In this document: positions 17,442 to 27,478 of the stretch, in pieces
Layout of the letters: every line of letters starts with the position of its first letter
Numbering within the stretch: the first letter of the stretch is position 1
NCBI RefSeq assembly: GCF_000829315.1
Contig: NZ_AP013028.1
Location: 240,001 to 272,000 of the forward strand
DNA length: 32,000 bases
Source: Wolbachia endosymbiont of Cimex lectularius
Lineage (GTDB): Bacteria; Pseudomonadota; Alphaproteobacteria; Rickettsiales; Anaplasmataceae
Direction of reading: 5' to 3'
The notes under the pieces: model-generated
What the model was told of the DNA's origin: nothing
What the model saw: the letters and a program-made list of their open reading frames with translations, nothing else
Databases searched by the model: none
Made by a program: the position numbers and the translations under genes

Positions 17442-17933
17442 TTGGTGGTAAAAGATTACAAAAAAGGGCATAGAAAGCGCTTAAGAGAGAAAATTATTCT
17501 GGATAATGGACAATCACTGCTCAACTATGAGGTTTTAGAGCATATTTTGTACTCAGCATACAGTAGAATTGATGTAAAGCCAGTAGCAAAGAGTTTGATA
17601 GAAAATTTTGGTAGTTTAAATAAGGTTTTTAACGCTGATTTAGAAGCACTGCGAAACATTGATGGAGTCAACAATGCAGCTATATCTGCTATTTTTTGTG
17701 TAAAACAAGCCTTTGTTTGCTCCGCAAGAGAAGAAATAAAGGACCTGCCTATAATCAATAATTGGAAAAAACTGCTTGATTACTTAAAAATAAGCATAGG
17801 AAGCCTCAATAAGGAAAATTTTCGCGTCATTTACATGGATAAAAAGTATCGTATAATGGCGGAAGACCTGCAAAATGTTGGTACAATAAATCAAACTCCC
17901 CTTTATGTTAGAACCTGTTTAAAATCTTCGTAA
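17442..17933 (+). CDS. radC: RadC-family protein lacking the JAB/MPN domain; 3' end modified by IS insertion
   Basis: The N-terminus KGHRKRLREKI... and the middle region are typical of RadC. No HNHPSG motif is present. The last 6 codons (TCLKSS*) are read from the IS end. Confidence 0.65.
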   Translation: MVVKDYKKGHRKRLREKIILDNGQSLLNYEVLEHILYSAYSRIDVKPVAKSLIENFGSLNKVFNADLEALRNIDGVNNAAISAIFCVKQAFVCSAREEIKDLPIINNWKKLLDYLKISIGSLNKENFRVIYMDKKYRIMAEDLQNVGTINQTPLYVRTCLKSS

Positions 17934-18770
17934 CAGGAGAGAAATGAAGGAGAGGACTATCATCTGTAAGCTAGTGTTGAGCTTCCGCTCGCAATTTTTC
18001 CACAATCGCCTGCACTTTTCTAACCAGGCAAAAGAGCGTTCAACAACCCATCTTTTTGGCAATACGACGAAAGTGTGTAACTCACTTCGCTTTATTACTT
18101 CAACAGTCGCACCAATGATAGCTTTTATTTGTGTTGCAAAATTTTCTCCTGTGTAGCCAGCATCAACCAGTATGTTTTTAACTTCAGAGAGGTTTGCTTT
18201 AGCATTTTCGACCATTTTCACAGCACTGCTACGGTCAGTTGCTTCTGCCATTGTTACATAAATTGCATGTGGCAAACCTTGTGTATCAACTGCAATATGG
18301 CGCTTTATCCCTGAAATCTTTTTACCTGCATCATAGCCTTTTTTTTCAGCAGTATCTGCGTTTTTAACGCTTTGAGAATCAATTATACAAAAGCTAGTTT
18401 TCTCTTTCCGACCATTGCTGATACGGACCTCTCCAACTAATTTTTTTTAAGACTAATTCCAACAAGCTTGGCTCTTCTCCATTCTTTTTACTCCACACTC
18501 GAAAATAGTAATATACGCTTTCCCATCTTGGAAAACCCTTTGGTAACATCCTCCACTGACAACCACTTTTTAAGACGTACAACACCCCACAAAATACGTC
18601 ATACAAATCAAGTTTTCTTGGTTTTGTTTTCTGCTTGCTACTCTCCAAAATTGGCCTGATTTTTTCAAACTGCTCTTGACTTATATTACTTGGATAACTT
18701 TTCTGCATAGACACCTCATTATTAATCTATGCTTACTTTACCTCACATTTCCAAGATTTTAAACAGGTTC
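17911..18770 (-). mobile_element. IS5-family insertion sequence, copy 1 (860 bp)
   Basis: Terminal inverted repeats are GAACCTGTTTAAAATCTT and its complement. A 3-bp target duplication TTA lies at 17908..17910 and 18771..18773. It is 858/860 identical to copy 2. Confidence 0.92.
17919..18714 (-). CDS. IS5-family DDE transposase (orfA 18714..18394, orfB continuing to 17919 in the +1 frame across an A8 tract)
   Basis: orfA carries an HTH-like region (YDVFCGVLYVLKSGCQWRMLP). orfB carries DDE residues (IIDSQSV, LVDAGYTG, VVERSFAWL). The two frames overlap at T8 18441..18448. Confidence 0.88.
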
Positions 18771-18949
18771 TTAGATAAATCTAAATCTAGCCATGCTGAA
18801 AAAGTTGCCAATGAAAGAACAAACAATAGTGAAAGAGCAAGGTGATGTATGTTCCATAGAGCAAAAGTTTTGCTCTATGGAACATACTGCTTTACTAGCG
18901 CCTGGTAACTCTGATATAGTTACTTTAGTTAATCTATAAAAGTTTATAA

Positions 18950-19948
18950 ATGGCAACTTTAAGCGTGAGAGAAGCTTTATGCACAGCAATCAGAGAAGAA
19001 ATGCAAAACGACCCTGATGTGTTTATCATGGGGGAAGAAGTCGCAGAATATGACGGTGCTTATAAAGTAACGAAAGGATTGCTGAAGGAGTTTGGAGAGA
19101 GTAGGGTGATTGATACACCTATTACCGAACATGGATTTGCTGGTCTTGCTGTTGGAGCAGCGTTTGCTGGACTTAGGCCAATTGTTGAGTTTATGACTTT
19201 TAATTTTTCTATGCAGGCTATTGATCAAATTGTGAATTCTGCGGCAAAAACAAATTATATGTCAGGTGGACAACTTGGATGCCCTATAGTATTTCGTGGA
19301 CCAAATGGCGCTGCAGCGAGAGTTGCTGCACAACACTCTCAATGCTTTGCATCTTGGTATTCGCATGTACCAGGATTAAAAGTAATAGCACCTTATTTTG
19401 CCTCCGATTGCAGGGGGCTACTTAAAGCTGCAATTCATGATCCAGACCCAGTGATATTTCTAGAAAACGAGATCGCTTATGGACATGAGCACGAAGTTCC
19501 TGACTCTGAGCTATCGAATAAAGACTATTTACTTGAGATAGGCAAAGCTGCTGTTATACGGGAAGGAAAAGATGTAACTATCACTGCTTTCTCACTGCAA
19601 TTAATGGACGCTTTAAATGCAGCAGATTTACTCTCTAGTAAAGGCATAGAAGCTGAAGTTATTGACCTGAGAACCTTAAGGCCACTTGACACTGAAACTG
19701 TCATTAACTCTATCAAGAAAACTAATAGATTGGTCAGCGTAGAAGAGGGTTGGCCATTTGCAGGAATCGGCGCAGAGCTTTCTGCTGCGGTTATAGAGCA
19801 GGGATTTGACTACCTTGATGCTCCAGTTGTACGTGTAACAGGTAAGGATGTTCCTTTACCCTATGCTGCAAACCTGGAGAAAAAAGCATTACCGCAAGTG
19901 GAAGATATAGTTGACGCTGTGCACCTGGTCTGTTTTAGAAAGACTTAG
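18950..19948 (+). CDS. pdhB: pyruvate dehydrogenase E1 component, beta subunit
   Basis: 332-aa ORF with a transketolase-like pyrimidine-binding region ([19 protein letters not shown]) and a C-terminal domain. Confidence 0.94.
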   Translation: MATLSVREALCTAIREEMQNDPDVFIMGEEVAEYDGAYKVTKGLLKEFGESRVIDTPITEHGFAGLAVGAAFAGLRPIVEFMTFNFSMQAIDQIVNSAAKTNYMSGGQLGCPIVFRGPNGAAARVAAQHSQCFASWYSHVPGLKVIAPYFASDCRGLLKAAIHDPDPVIFLENEIAYGHEHEVPDSELSNKDYLLEIGKAAVIREGKDVTITAFSLQLMDALNAADLLSSKGIEAEVIDLRTLRPLDTETVINSIKKTNRLVSVEEGWPFAGIGAELSAAVIEQGFDYLDAPVVRVTGKDVPLPYAANLEKKALPQVEDIVDAVHLVCFRKT

Positions 19949-21315
19949 CTATTTAACAGGAAGAGCGTAGCTAAACCAAGAAATATAAAAGCTGAAAGAA
20001 TATCGGTTGTTGCTGATGTTAGAATTGAAGAGGAAACTGCAGGGTCGGATTTTAAACGATGGAGCATTATAGGAATGAAAGTTCCAATAAATGTTGCAAT
20101 GATCGACATCATAATCATGGAGGCTACAAAAATGATCTCCACTTTGAAGCTGTGAAATCTCACTGCTAATACTACAAGTGAAATAGTAGATAGAATTATC
20201 CCATTTATCAGACCTATTAAAAATTCTTTTATCAGTATTCTGTTTGCATTTTGCTCAGTTAAATATTTTGTTGCGATTGCTCTGATGGTGAGTGTTACTG
20301 TTTGAGATCCTGCGTTTCCGCTCATCGATGCAATTATTGGCATAACTATTGGCAGTACTACAAAACTCTTTATTACGTTGTCGAAAAAGCCAACTACTAT
20401 AGAGCATATCGTTGCGGCTAAAAGGTTGAACAACAACCAAGGTAGTCTTTGAATTATGGTTTTATGTATAGGGGCATTTATGTCAGCCTTGGACGACACA
20501 CCGCTTATTTTCAGTACATCTTCTTCTGTTTCTTGTTGGACAACTTTTATTACATCTTCAATTAAAATCACACCTATGATTTTACCGCGCTTATTTACTA
20601 CAGGAGCGGATAATAGAGAGTAATCTTTAAATATTCTTGCTACTTCCTCTTGGTCTACGCCAGTTTTAATGATTTTTATGTCCTGACTCATTATTTCTTT
20701 TATTGTTGTTTCTCCTGAGTGAGATATTACTTTATTTAGGTTAACACTACCTATAGGTTCTAATTTTGAGTTGATAACAAAAATCTGATGGAATGTTTCT
20801 GGTATTTTTCTATAGTTGCGCAAGAATTCTGTTAGCTGGTTTATTGTCCAATAATATGGAGCTATAACCATGTTTTTATGTATCAACCTTCCCGCACTTT
20901 CTTCTGGATATGATAACAACTCCTCTACTAACTTTTGAGTTGTGTCGGGCAAGTAGTGAAGTATGTTTTCTATAGACTTTCTATCCAAATCTTTCACTAT
21001 GGTTACTATGTCTTCTACATCAAGGAGCGTGAGTAACTTTGCCGTGTTTTCTATCCCCAGTATTTCTATGATTTCCGCTTGTAAATCTGGTACTACATGC
21101 ACTAGGGCATCACTTAACAAATGTTGATCTAGGATACTAACTAATTTTTCCCTGTGGTCACTGATTGAAGTAGATAAAAAGTAGGCTAACTGAACGCTAT
21201 CTATTGTTTTTACGATATCGCGAACGTTTTCTAGCTCCTCGTTATCAAGTGACTCGATTAGGTCATCAATAGCCTTGTTATCTAAACCATAATGGGAATT
21301 TATCTCAATATTCAT
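19945..21315 (-). CDS. mgtE: magnesium transporter MgtE
   Basis: 456-aa ORF with an MgtE N-domain, a CBS pair, and C-terminal TM helices carrying the SGNAGSQ motif. Confidence 0.92.
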   Translation of the reverse strand: MNIEINSHYGLDNKAIDDLIESLDNEELENVRDIVKTIDSVQLAYFLSTSISDHREKLVSILDQHLLSDALVHVVPDLQAEIIEILGIENTAKLLTLLDVEDIVTIVKDLDRKSIENILHYLPDTTQKLVEELLSYPEESAGRLIHKNMVIAPYYWTINQLTEFLRNYRKIPETFHQIFVINSKLEPIGSVNLNKVISHSGETTIKEIMSQDIKIIKTGVDQEEVARIFKDYSLLSAPVVNKRGKIIGVILIEDVIKVVQQETEEDVLKISGVSSKADINAPIHKTIIQRLPWLLFNLLAATICSIVVGFFDNVIKSFVVLPIVMPIIASMSGNAGSQTVTLTIRAIATKYLTEQNANRILIKEFLIGLINGIILSTISLVVLAVRFHSFKVEIIFVASMIMMSIIATFIGTFIPIMLHRLKSDPAVSSSILTSATTDILSAFIFLGLATLFLLNS

Positions 21316-21469
21316 ATCTTCACCTTACTTCTTAACACATATACGTACTTGATCCCTTTAAACATTAGAGTATAATAAGATTGTTTTAAATTAACTACTA
21401 TATGGTTAAATTTCTGTTTTGTGTACTGTTATTGTTATTGATAGTGAATATATTAAAATCTAAAGCATA

Positions 21470-22574
21470 ATGAAAGCCTATTTAGAAATTTTTGAACACT
21501 TTCAGAGCTTAGATAAGAGTATTTCTGTCATTAGGAGGTGTCTTTGACGTAGGAAAATTGAAGTTACGTCTTGCAGAACTGGAATCTCAGGCTGCAGATG
21601 ATGATCTATGGCAGGACAACCAAAAAGCACAAGAAATTTTAAAAGAACGTTCTAAAATCAAAAATGATGTGGAGTCATTTTCAAAGTTAGGAAGTGATTA
21701 CAACGATGCTATCGGCCTAATGAAATTTGCTATTGATGAAAATGATGAGGAATTTTTCTCTGAAGTTGAAAATGAATTAGTGAAGCTAGAGAAATTAATC
21801 AAGCGCAAGGAAACAGAATCCTTATTTACTGGTGAAGCAGATAATAATGACTGCTTCTTGGAAATTCACTCAGGAGCTGGCGGAACAGAGAGCAATGATT
21901 GGGCTGAAATGCTCATGCGCATGTATATGAGGTGGGCAGAGATTTATCACAACTTTAAAGTTGAAGTTGTGGAAAAATTGGAGGGAGAATCGGTTGGCAT
22001 AAAATCTGCAACAATAAAAATCGTTGGAGAAAAAGCTTATGGATGGGCAAAAAGCGAAAGTGGTATTCACAGACTGGTTAGAATATCACCATTTGATGCA
22101 AACAGCAAACGTCATACCAGTTTTGCAAGCGTAGGGGTGACACCGGTGATAGAAGATTCAATTGATATTGCTGTGGATGAGAAGGATCTAAAGATCGACA
22201 CCTACCGCGCTTCAGGGGCAGGCGGTCAGCATGTAAACAAAACTGAGAGTGCAGTGCGTATTACGCACATTCCAACTGGTGTCATAGTTCAGTGCCAAAA
22301 CAGCCGTTCCCAGCATCAAAACAAGCATGAGGCATTGAGATTGCTTAAAGGACGTTTATACCAAATTGAGCTGGAAAAAAAAGAACGGGAAATGGCTGAA
22401 GAATACGGCAAAAAATGCGACATAGGCTGGGGTAATCAAATTAGGTCATATGTTGTGCATCCATATCAAATGGTGAAGGATTTAAGAACCGGATATGAAG
22501 TGGGGAATATAAATTCCGTTTTTGATGGTAACATAGATTGTTTCATAGTTAGTGTGCTGACTAATAAAAATTAG
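21470..22574 (+). CDS. prfB: peptide chain release factor 2, join(21470..21544,21546..22574) via programmed +1 frameshift
   Basis: ORF0 (MKAYLEIFEHFQSLDKSISVIRRCL) ends at CTT TGA C. The downstream frame carries SPF (RISPFDANSKRHTSF) and GGQ (ASGAGGQHVNKTESAVRITH). Confidence 0.94.
21533..21548 (+). promoter_or_regulatory. RF2 autoregulatory +1 frameshift site
   Basis: An internal Shine-Dalgarno-like AGGAGG (21533..21538) is followed by a 3-nt spacer. Then come CTT (21542..21544) and TGA (21545..21547) followed by C. Confidence 0.9.
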
Positions 22575-22639
22575 GTAGGGTTGACTTTTTTCTGTAATAT
22601 GTAATAATTAAAATATTATTTAAAGTCAGAGGTAAAGTT

Positions 22640-24079
22640 ATGACAATGAAATATGAGCAGTGGAAAGAAATATTAAGTGCAATCGATAAAGAAGCAGATT
22701 TAAGTAAAGATAACGTAATTGAAAAGATAGCAAAGAAATTAGAAGAAAAAAACAGAGATAAGTATGAAAAGTGGGGTGAGGTTGATTTTGATGTAAATCA
22801 TCTGTTTCACACTGTTTTTAAGTCCGATCTTCCATTATTATTTCAAGACCCTGAGTATGAATATACGTTATTACACTTAATTGCCCACGATAACCTAGGA
22901 AATGTGGCAAATGCCCTATTAACAGTAGAAGAAATTGATGTTAATGCGGTACAAGGTGGATCATCTCGGTGGACTCCTTTACATGTAGCTGCTGAATTTA
23001 ATAGTGAAAAGGTAATAGATGCTTTATTGAGTGCAGAAAAAATAAATGTCAATGCAGAAAGTTGTAGGAAATGTACTCCTTTGCATATAGCTGCTCACTA
23101 CGACAGTGAGAAAGCAATATGTGCTCTGTTAAAAGCGGAAGACATTGATGTTAATTTAATAAATAAAAATTCTGAAACCCCTTTACATTGTGCTGCTCGG
23201 TTCGGTAATGAAGAGGCAATAAGCGCTCTACTGAAAGCAAAAGATATTAACGTTAATGCAATAGATAAAGATAACAAAACCCCTCTACTTTTAGCTGCCT
23301 CAGATTCTGGAAATGAAGGGGCCTTAAATATTCTAGTAGAAAGAGCAGATGTTAAAGCAGTAGATAGGGGTGGAAATACTCCTTTGCATTTAGTTGCTTT
23401 ACGTTATGACGATGGAGGAATTGTAAAAGCTCTAGTAGAAGGAGGGGCTAATGTTAATGCAGAAAATCAAGATAGGTGTACTCCTTTACATTTAGCTGCT
23501 GAACATGGTCATACAGACACAATAAATGCTCTAATACAAAACAGAGCTAATGTTAAAGTGGTAAATAAAAATGGAAGTACCCCTTTACATTTGGCTGCTG
23601 CTTGGAGCAAGTGGGTAGTAATGATTCTCATAGTAAATGTAGCGGATCCTTTATTAAAGAATAAAGATGGTAAAACTCCAAGGGACTTACTATTAAAGCA
23701 TATCGCTGAAGATGATGATATAAAGAGAATTTTGAAGGCGGCAGAAGAAAAACAACTTAAAAAACTAAGCAAAGAAACAGACTTACCGCAAGATGACAAA
23801 GATACAACACGTCTTTTAGGAAAAACAGAATCTACATCAGCAGCTACAAAAGGAGTTTTTGCCGGCTGTGTAACTGCAGCACTCAGTACTGCTGTAGCAG
23901 TGGCACTTTTTGCAACCGGGATGGTTGCAGTTGAGTTGATACCCATAATGATAGCAGTAGCTGCAGTTACAATAGCAGCGCTAGCAGTTGGTGGCACCAC
24001 ATATATGCTATCAAAGCCTAGCACTAAAGTGGACAAAATGAAAGAAACACAAGTAGATAAGCAGGAAGTCCTGGTTTGA
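22640..24079 (+). CDS. ankyrin-repeat protein with C-terminal bilobed hydrophobic hairpin
   Basis: 479-aa ORF with about 8-9 ANK repeats (TPLH..A...G). A K/E/D-rich linker follows. The hydrophobic segment is GVFAGCVTAALSTAVAVALFATGMVAVELIPIMIAVAAVTIAALAVGGTTYML. Confidence 0.9.
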   Translation: MTMKYEQWKEILSAIDKEADLSKDNVIEKIAKKLEEKNRDKYEKWGEVDFDVNHLFHTVFKSDLPLLFQDPEYEYTLLHLIAHDNLGNVANALLTVEEIDVNAVQGGSSRWTPLHVAAEFNSEKVIDALLSAEKINVNAESCRKCTPLHIAAHYDSEKAICALLKAEDIDVNLINKNSETPLHCAARFGNEEAISALLKAKDINVNAIDKDNKTPLLLAASDSGNEGALNILVERADVKAVDRGGNTPLHLVALRYDDGGIVKALVEGGANVNAENQDRCTPLHLAAEHGHTDTINALIQNRANVKVVNKNGSTPLHLAAAWSKWVVMILIVNVADPLLKNKDGKTPRDLLLKHIAEDDDIKRILKAAEEKQLKKLSKETDLPQDDKDTTRLLGKTESTSAATKGVFAGCVTAALSTAVAVALFATGMVAVELIPIMIAVAAVTIAALAVGGTTYMLSKPSTKVDKMKETQVDKQEVLV

Positions 24080-24124
24080 GCATATAGTTCATAAAACCCC
24101 ACTATTACTATAAGACCACAGATC

Positions 24125-24853
24125 CTATTTCCGTCGTGTGCTACTGTGTTGCTCTATAGACAATATGCCGCCATCGCCGGAGAGCAAAGTGCGTGCTGGC
24201 TCACATTGTCTTAGGCGTTCAATTGCCTGCTTTTTGTCAGCTTCATTGCGTGCATTAAAACTACATTGAAGGCCTACACCACCTTCAATAAGGCTACATT
24301 GCAAGCCAAAACCAGCAGCAAAACCTTCTGTTTTACCAGGAAGATTTCCAGCAATGATTCCCTTTATAGTAACATTTTGGTCATTTGCAGTTGTTCGTAT
24401 CATTCCTTTGCCGTCTTTGATATCGTCATCTGCAATCCTTGCTACAACAATCCGATCTATGGCTTGTTTATCTTTCATTACTCGGGATATTACTTCTATA
24501 TCTGGCTGACCCTGATCTGTATCGTCCTGTTGCTCCAATTTATTAGCTTCTTCTTTTATGCGTTTTTTGTACTCTTCTTCACTTTTCACTTTGACTTCAT
24601 TTACTTCTATATTTGTATCTTTTTGATTGAAGAAATCCCTATTGATGTAATAAAAAATAAGCGCAGGTATTAGTGAAGTCATTAAATTTGATATAATACA
24701 CGGAATTAAAATTATAGCAGCAACAATATAGATGAGGATTCTAGCTGTAAACTTTAGTATTTTGGATAGTTTAGAATCGTTTTTGTGAGCACTAACAGCA
24801 TTCAAAAAAAGGTAGACATACATAATCGACGCTATTGTTGCAGCAGTGGGCAC
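24125..24853 (-). CDS. hypothetical membrane protein
   Basis: 242-aa ORF (GTG start) that may begin a few codons upstream, since the frame is open to 24943. It has 2-3 N-terminal TM helices, a charged linker, and a ~120-aa C-terminal domain with a duplicated GLQCS motif. Confidence 0.65.
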   Translation of the reverse strand: MPTAATIASIMYVYLFLNAVSAHKNDSKLSKILKFTARILIYIVAAIILIPCIISNLMTSLIPALIFYYINRDFFNQKDTNIEVNEVKVKSEEEYKKRIKEEANKLEQQDDTDQGQPDIEVISRVMKDKQAIDRIVVARIADDDIKDGKGMIRTTANDQNVTIKGIIAGNLPGKTEGFAAGFGLQCSLIEGGVGLQCSFNARNEADKKQAIERLRQCEPARTLLSGDGGILSIEQHSSTRRK

Positions 24854-24976
24854 GATAATTGGAACAAGTAAAAGAGCGTTGATTAGCTTTTTCCAGGTAC
24901 TAGTTGGTTTGGCGCTACTGCTTAGCGATGCAAGATAGTTTTAGCCAGCATTGGCAACCCATTTTGTACTTGATAA

Positions 24977-25836
24977 GAACCTGTTTAAAATCTTCGTAAC
25001 AGGAGAGAAATGAAGGAGAGGACTATCATCTGTAAGCTAGTGTTGAGCTTCCGCTCGCAATTTTTCCACAATCGCCTGCACTTTTCTAACCAGGCAAAAG
25101 AGCGTTCAACAACCCATCTTTTTGGCAATACGACGAAAGTGTGTAACTCACTTCGCTTTATTACTTCAACAGTCGCACCAATGATAGCTTTTATTTGTGT
25201 TGCAAAATTTTCTCCTGTGTAGCCAGCATCAACCAGTATGTTTTTAACTTCAGAGAGGTTTGCTTTAGCATTTTCGACCATTTTCACAGCACTGCTACGG
25301 TCAGTTGCTTCTGCCGTTGTTACATAAATTGCATGTGGCAAACCTTGTGTATCAACTGCAATATGGCGCTTTATCCCCGAAATCTTTTTACCTGCATCAT
25401 AGCCTTTTTTTTCAGCAGTATCTGCGTTTTTAACGCTTTGAGAATCAATTATACAAAAGCTAGTTTTCTCTTTCCGACCATTGCTGATACGGACCTCTCC
25501 AACTAATTTTTTTTAAGACTAATTCCAACAAGCTTGGCTCTTCTCCATTCTTTTTACTCCACACTCGAAAATAGTAATATACGCTTTCCCATCTTGGAAA
25601 ACCCTTTGGTAACATCCTCCACTGACAACCACTTTTTAAGACGTACAACACCCCACAAAATACGTCATACAAATCAAGTTTTCTTGGTTTTGTTTTCTGC
25701 TTGCTACTCTCCAAAATTGGCCTGATTTTTTCAAACTGCTCTTGACTTATATTACTTGGATAACTTTTCTGCATAGACACCTCATTATTAATCTATGCTT
25801 ACTTTACCTCACATTTCCAAGATTTTAAACAGGTTC
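24977..25836 (-). mobile_element. IS5-family insertion sequence, copy 2 (860 bp)
   Basis: It has the same ends as copy 1. A 3-bp target duplication TAA lies at 24974..24976 and 25837..25839. It sits in the divergent intergenic region between 24125..24853(-) and thiM(+). Confidence 0.92.
24985..25780 (-). CDS. IS5-family DDE transposase (orfA 25780..25460, orfB to 24985 in the +1 frame across A8)
   Basis: Identical to copy 1 except for one nonsynonymous change (M to T, 25316) and one synonymous change (25378). Confidence 0.88.
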
Positions 25837-25863
25837 TAACATTATCAGTGGGGGTAAGAAGCT

Positions 25864-26642
25864 ATGTTAGAGCAGATAAAATCGTGTGTTGAAAAAATTC
25901 AAAAATCAAAACCTTTGATTCTGAATCTAACTAATTATGTGACTATGGATTTTGTTGCCAATGCTCTGCTTGCGATAGGAGCTGCACCAGTGATGTCTGA
26001 AGAAATAAATGAGCTTGATGAACTTATATCTTGCTCAAGTTCTGTCAATGTTAATATTGGAACGCTTAATGATGCTTTTCTCGAAAGAGTAGAACATGCG
26101 TCAAAAATTGCAAAGGAACTGGGAAAGACAGTAGTGCTTGATCCGGTAGGTTGTGGAGCAACAAAAGCTCGCACAGCAGCGAGTCAGAAGTTCATTCAAT
26201 ATGCTGATGTTGTTCGTGGCAATGCTAGTGAGATTATATCGCTTAACAATGATAATAAAGCTAAAACTCTTGGAGTTGAGTCACAGGATGCTACTCTTGA
26301 TGCAGAAGAAAGTGCTAACTCTTTAGCTGAGCAGTATGGTACAATAGTTGTAGTTAGTGGTGCAATTGATGTTGTAGTAAAAAAGGGCTTTATAAGACCC
26401 TATCATTTGGTTTGCCACTTATGCAATGTATTACAGGAGTGGGTTGTGCATTATCTTCTGTTGTTGCTGCATTTTGTTCTGTAGAAACTGATTTATTTCA
26501 AGCAAGTTTGCTAGCTACTGTATTCTACAGCTTATGTGGTGAGCAGGCAGCACAGAAAGCTTCTTGTCCTGGGTCTTTTAAGGTAGTGTTTCTTGACGCT
26601 TTACATGATCCTGATTTCAATTTTATGGGGGAAAAGTTATGA
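25864..26642 (+). pseudogene. thiM: hydroxyethylthiazole kinase, frameshifted
   Basis: Two overlapping ORFs (25864..26484 and 26412..26642) together give a full ThiM (...GAIDVVVKKG|LYKTLSFGLPLMQCITGVGCALSSVVAAFC...). The frame changes by -1 at or next to the A6G3 tract 26379..26387. Confidence 0.85.
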
Positions 26643-27478
26643 AATATAAAGCTCTTTCAATTGCTGGTTTTGATGGCTCAGGTGGCGCTGGTATTCAAGC
26701 AGATCTTAAAGTATTCTCAGCCTTTGGTTGTTATGGAATGACGGTGTTAACTGCTTTACCAGTACAGAATACTGTAGGAGTAAAAAAATGTTATCCATTG
26801 CCTTTAGAGTCAATTGAGGAGCAATTAGCAGCTATTTTTGAAGATATAACACCAGACGTTGTAAAGATAGGAATGTTATTTAGTTCTGAAGTTGCAGAAT
26901 TAGTTTCAGAGTCTATTTTGAAATATACCATTAAAGCACCAATTGTAGTTGATCCGGTGATGGTAGCAAAGAGTGGAGACCATCTTCTTTTTCCTGAAGC
27001 AGTTAAGTCTATTCAAGAAAAGATCATTCCAATAAGTACAGTAGTTACTCCAAATCTATCAGAGGCTAAAGAATTAACAGGTATTGAAGTTAGAACTAAA
27101 GAAGAGATGCTTACTGTTGCAAAAGAATTACTAAAGTTTGGCTCAAAATCTGTATTACTCAAAGGTGGACATTTAAAAGACAGTAATGAATCATGTGACT
27201 TACTTGTTACGGCTGATGATGATTATGAATGGTTCAGTTACCCTAGAATTGAGACTAAAAATACTCACGGCACAGGTTGTACATTATCTGCTGCAATTGC
27301 TTCTTGTTTAGCTCTTGGCTTAGATCTTTTTGATAGTTGCAGAGCAGCAAAGAAGTACATAAGTAAAGCTTTAGAGGCTGCTCAAGACCAACACATCGGT
27401 AAAGGAATTGGACCTGTTCATCATTTTTATCATCTATGGCCAACACTCAGTAAAATTATTGAGGAACAAAATGACTAA
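26639..27478 (+). CDS. thiD: hydroxymethylpyrimidine/phosphomethylpyrimidine kinase
   Basis: 279-aa ORF with GGAGIQADLK and a ribokinase-like fold pattern (GGH...THGTGCTLSAAIA). Its ATG overlaps the thiM stop (ATGA). Confidence 0.9.
   Translation: MKYKALSIAGFDGSGGAGIQADLKVFSAFGCYGMTVLTALPVQNTVGVKKCYPLPLESIEEQLAAIFEDITPDVVKIGMLFSSEVAELVSESILKYTIKAPIVVDPVMVAKSGDHLLFPEAVKSIQEKIIPISTVVTPNLSEAKELTGIEVRTKEEMLTVAKELLKFGSKSVLLKGGHLKDSNESCDLLVTADDDYEWFSYPRIETKNTHGTGCTLSAAIASCLALGLDLFDSCRAAKKYISKALEAAQDQHIGKGIGPVHHFYHLWPTLSKIIEEQND

Noticed and set aside
19945-19948. Convergent pdhB and mgtE overlap by 4 nt (TTAG shared by both stop codons), leaving no room for terminators.
   Set aside because: This is real but ordinary in compact endosymbiont genomes, with no additional structure seen.
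23509-24102. A 197-aa minus-strand ORF overlapping the 3' half of the ANK gene.
   Set aside because: It is antisense to well-formed ANK repeats and to the Ala/Val-rich TM region. GC-rich Ala codons keep the antisense frame open, and it has no RBS.
17911-25836. The two IS5 copies plus the intervening genes as a composite transposon.
   Set aside because: The outer flanks do not match (TTA at the left of copy 1, TAA at the right of copy 2). Each copy has its own matched duplication, and the cargo is core housekeeping genes.
26412-26642. The 76-aa ORF as an independent small gene.
   Set aside because: Its sequence (PLMQCITGVGCALSSVVAAFC...PGSFKVVFLDAL) is the C-terminal part of ThiM. It is the second half of a frameshifted gene.
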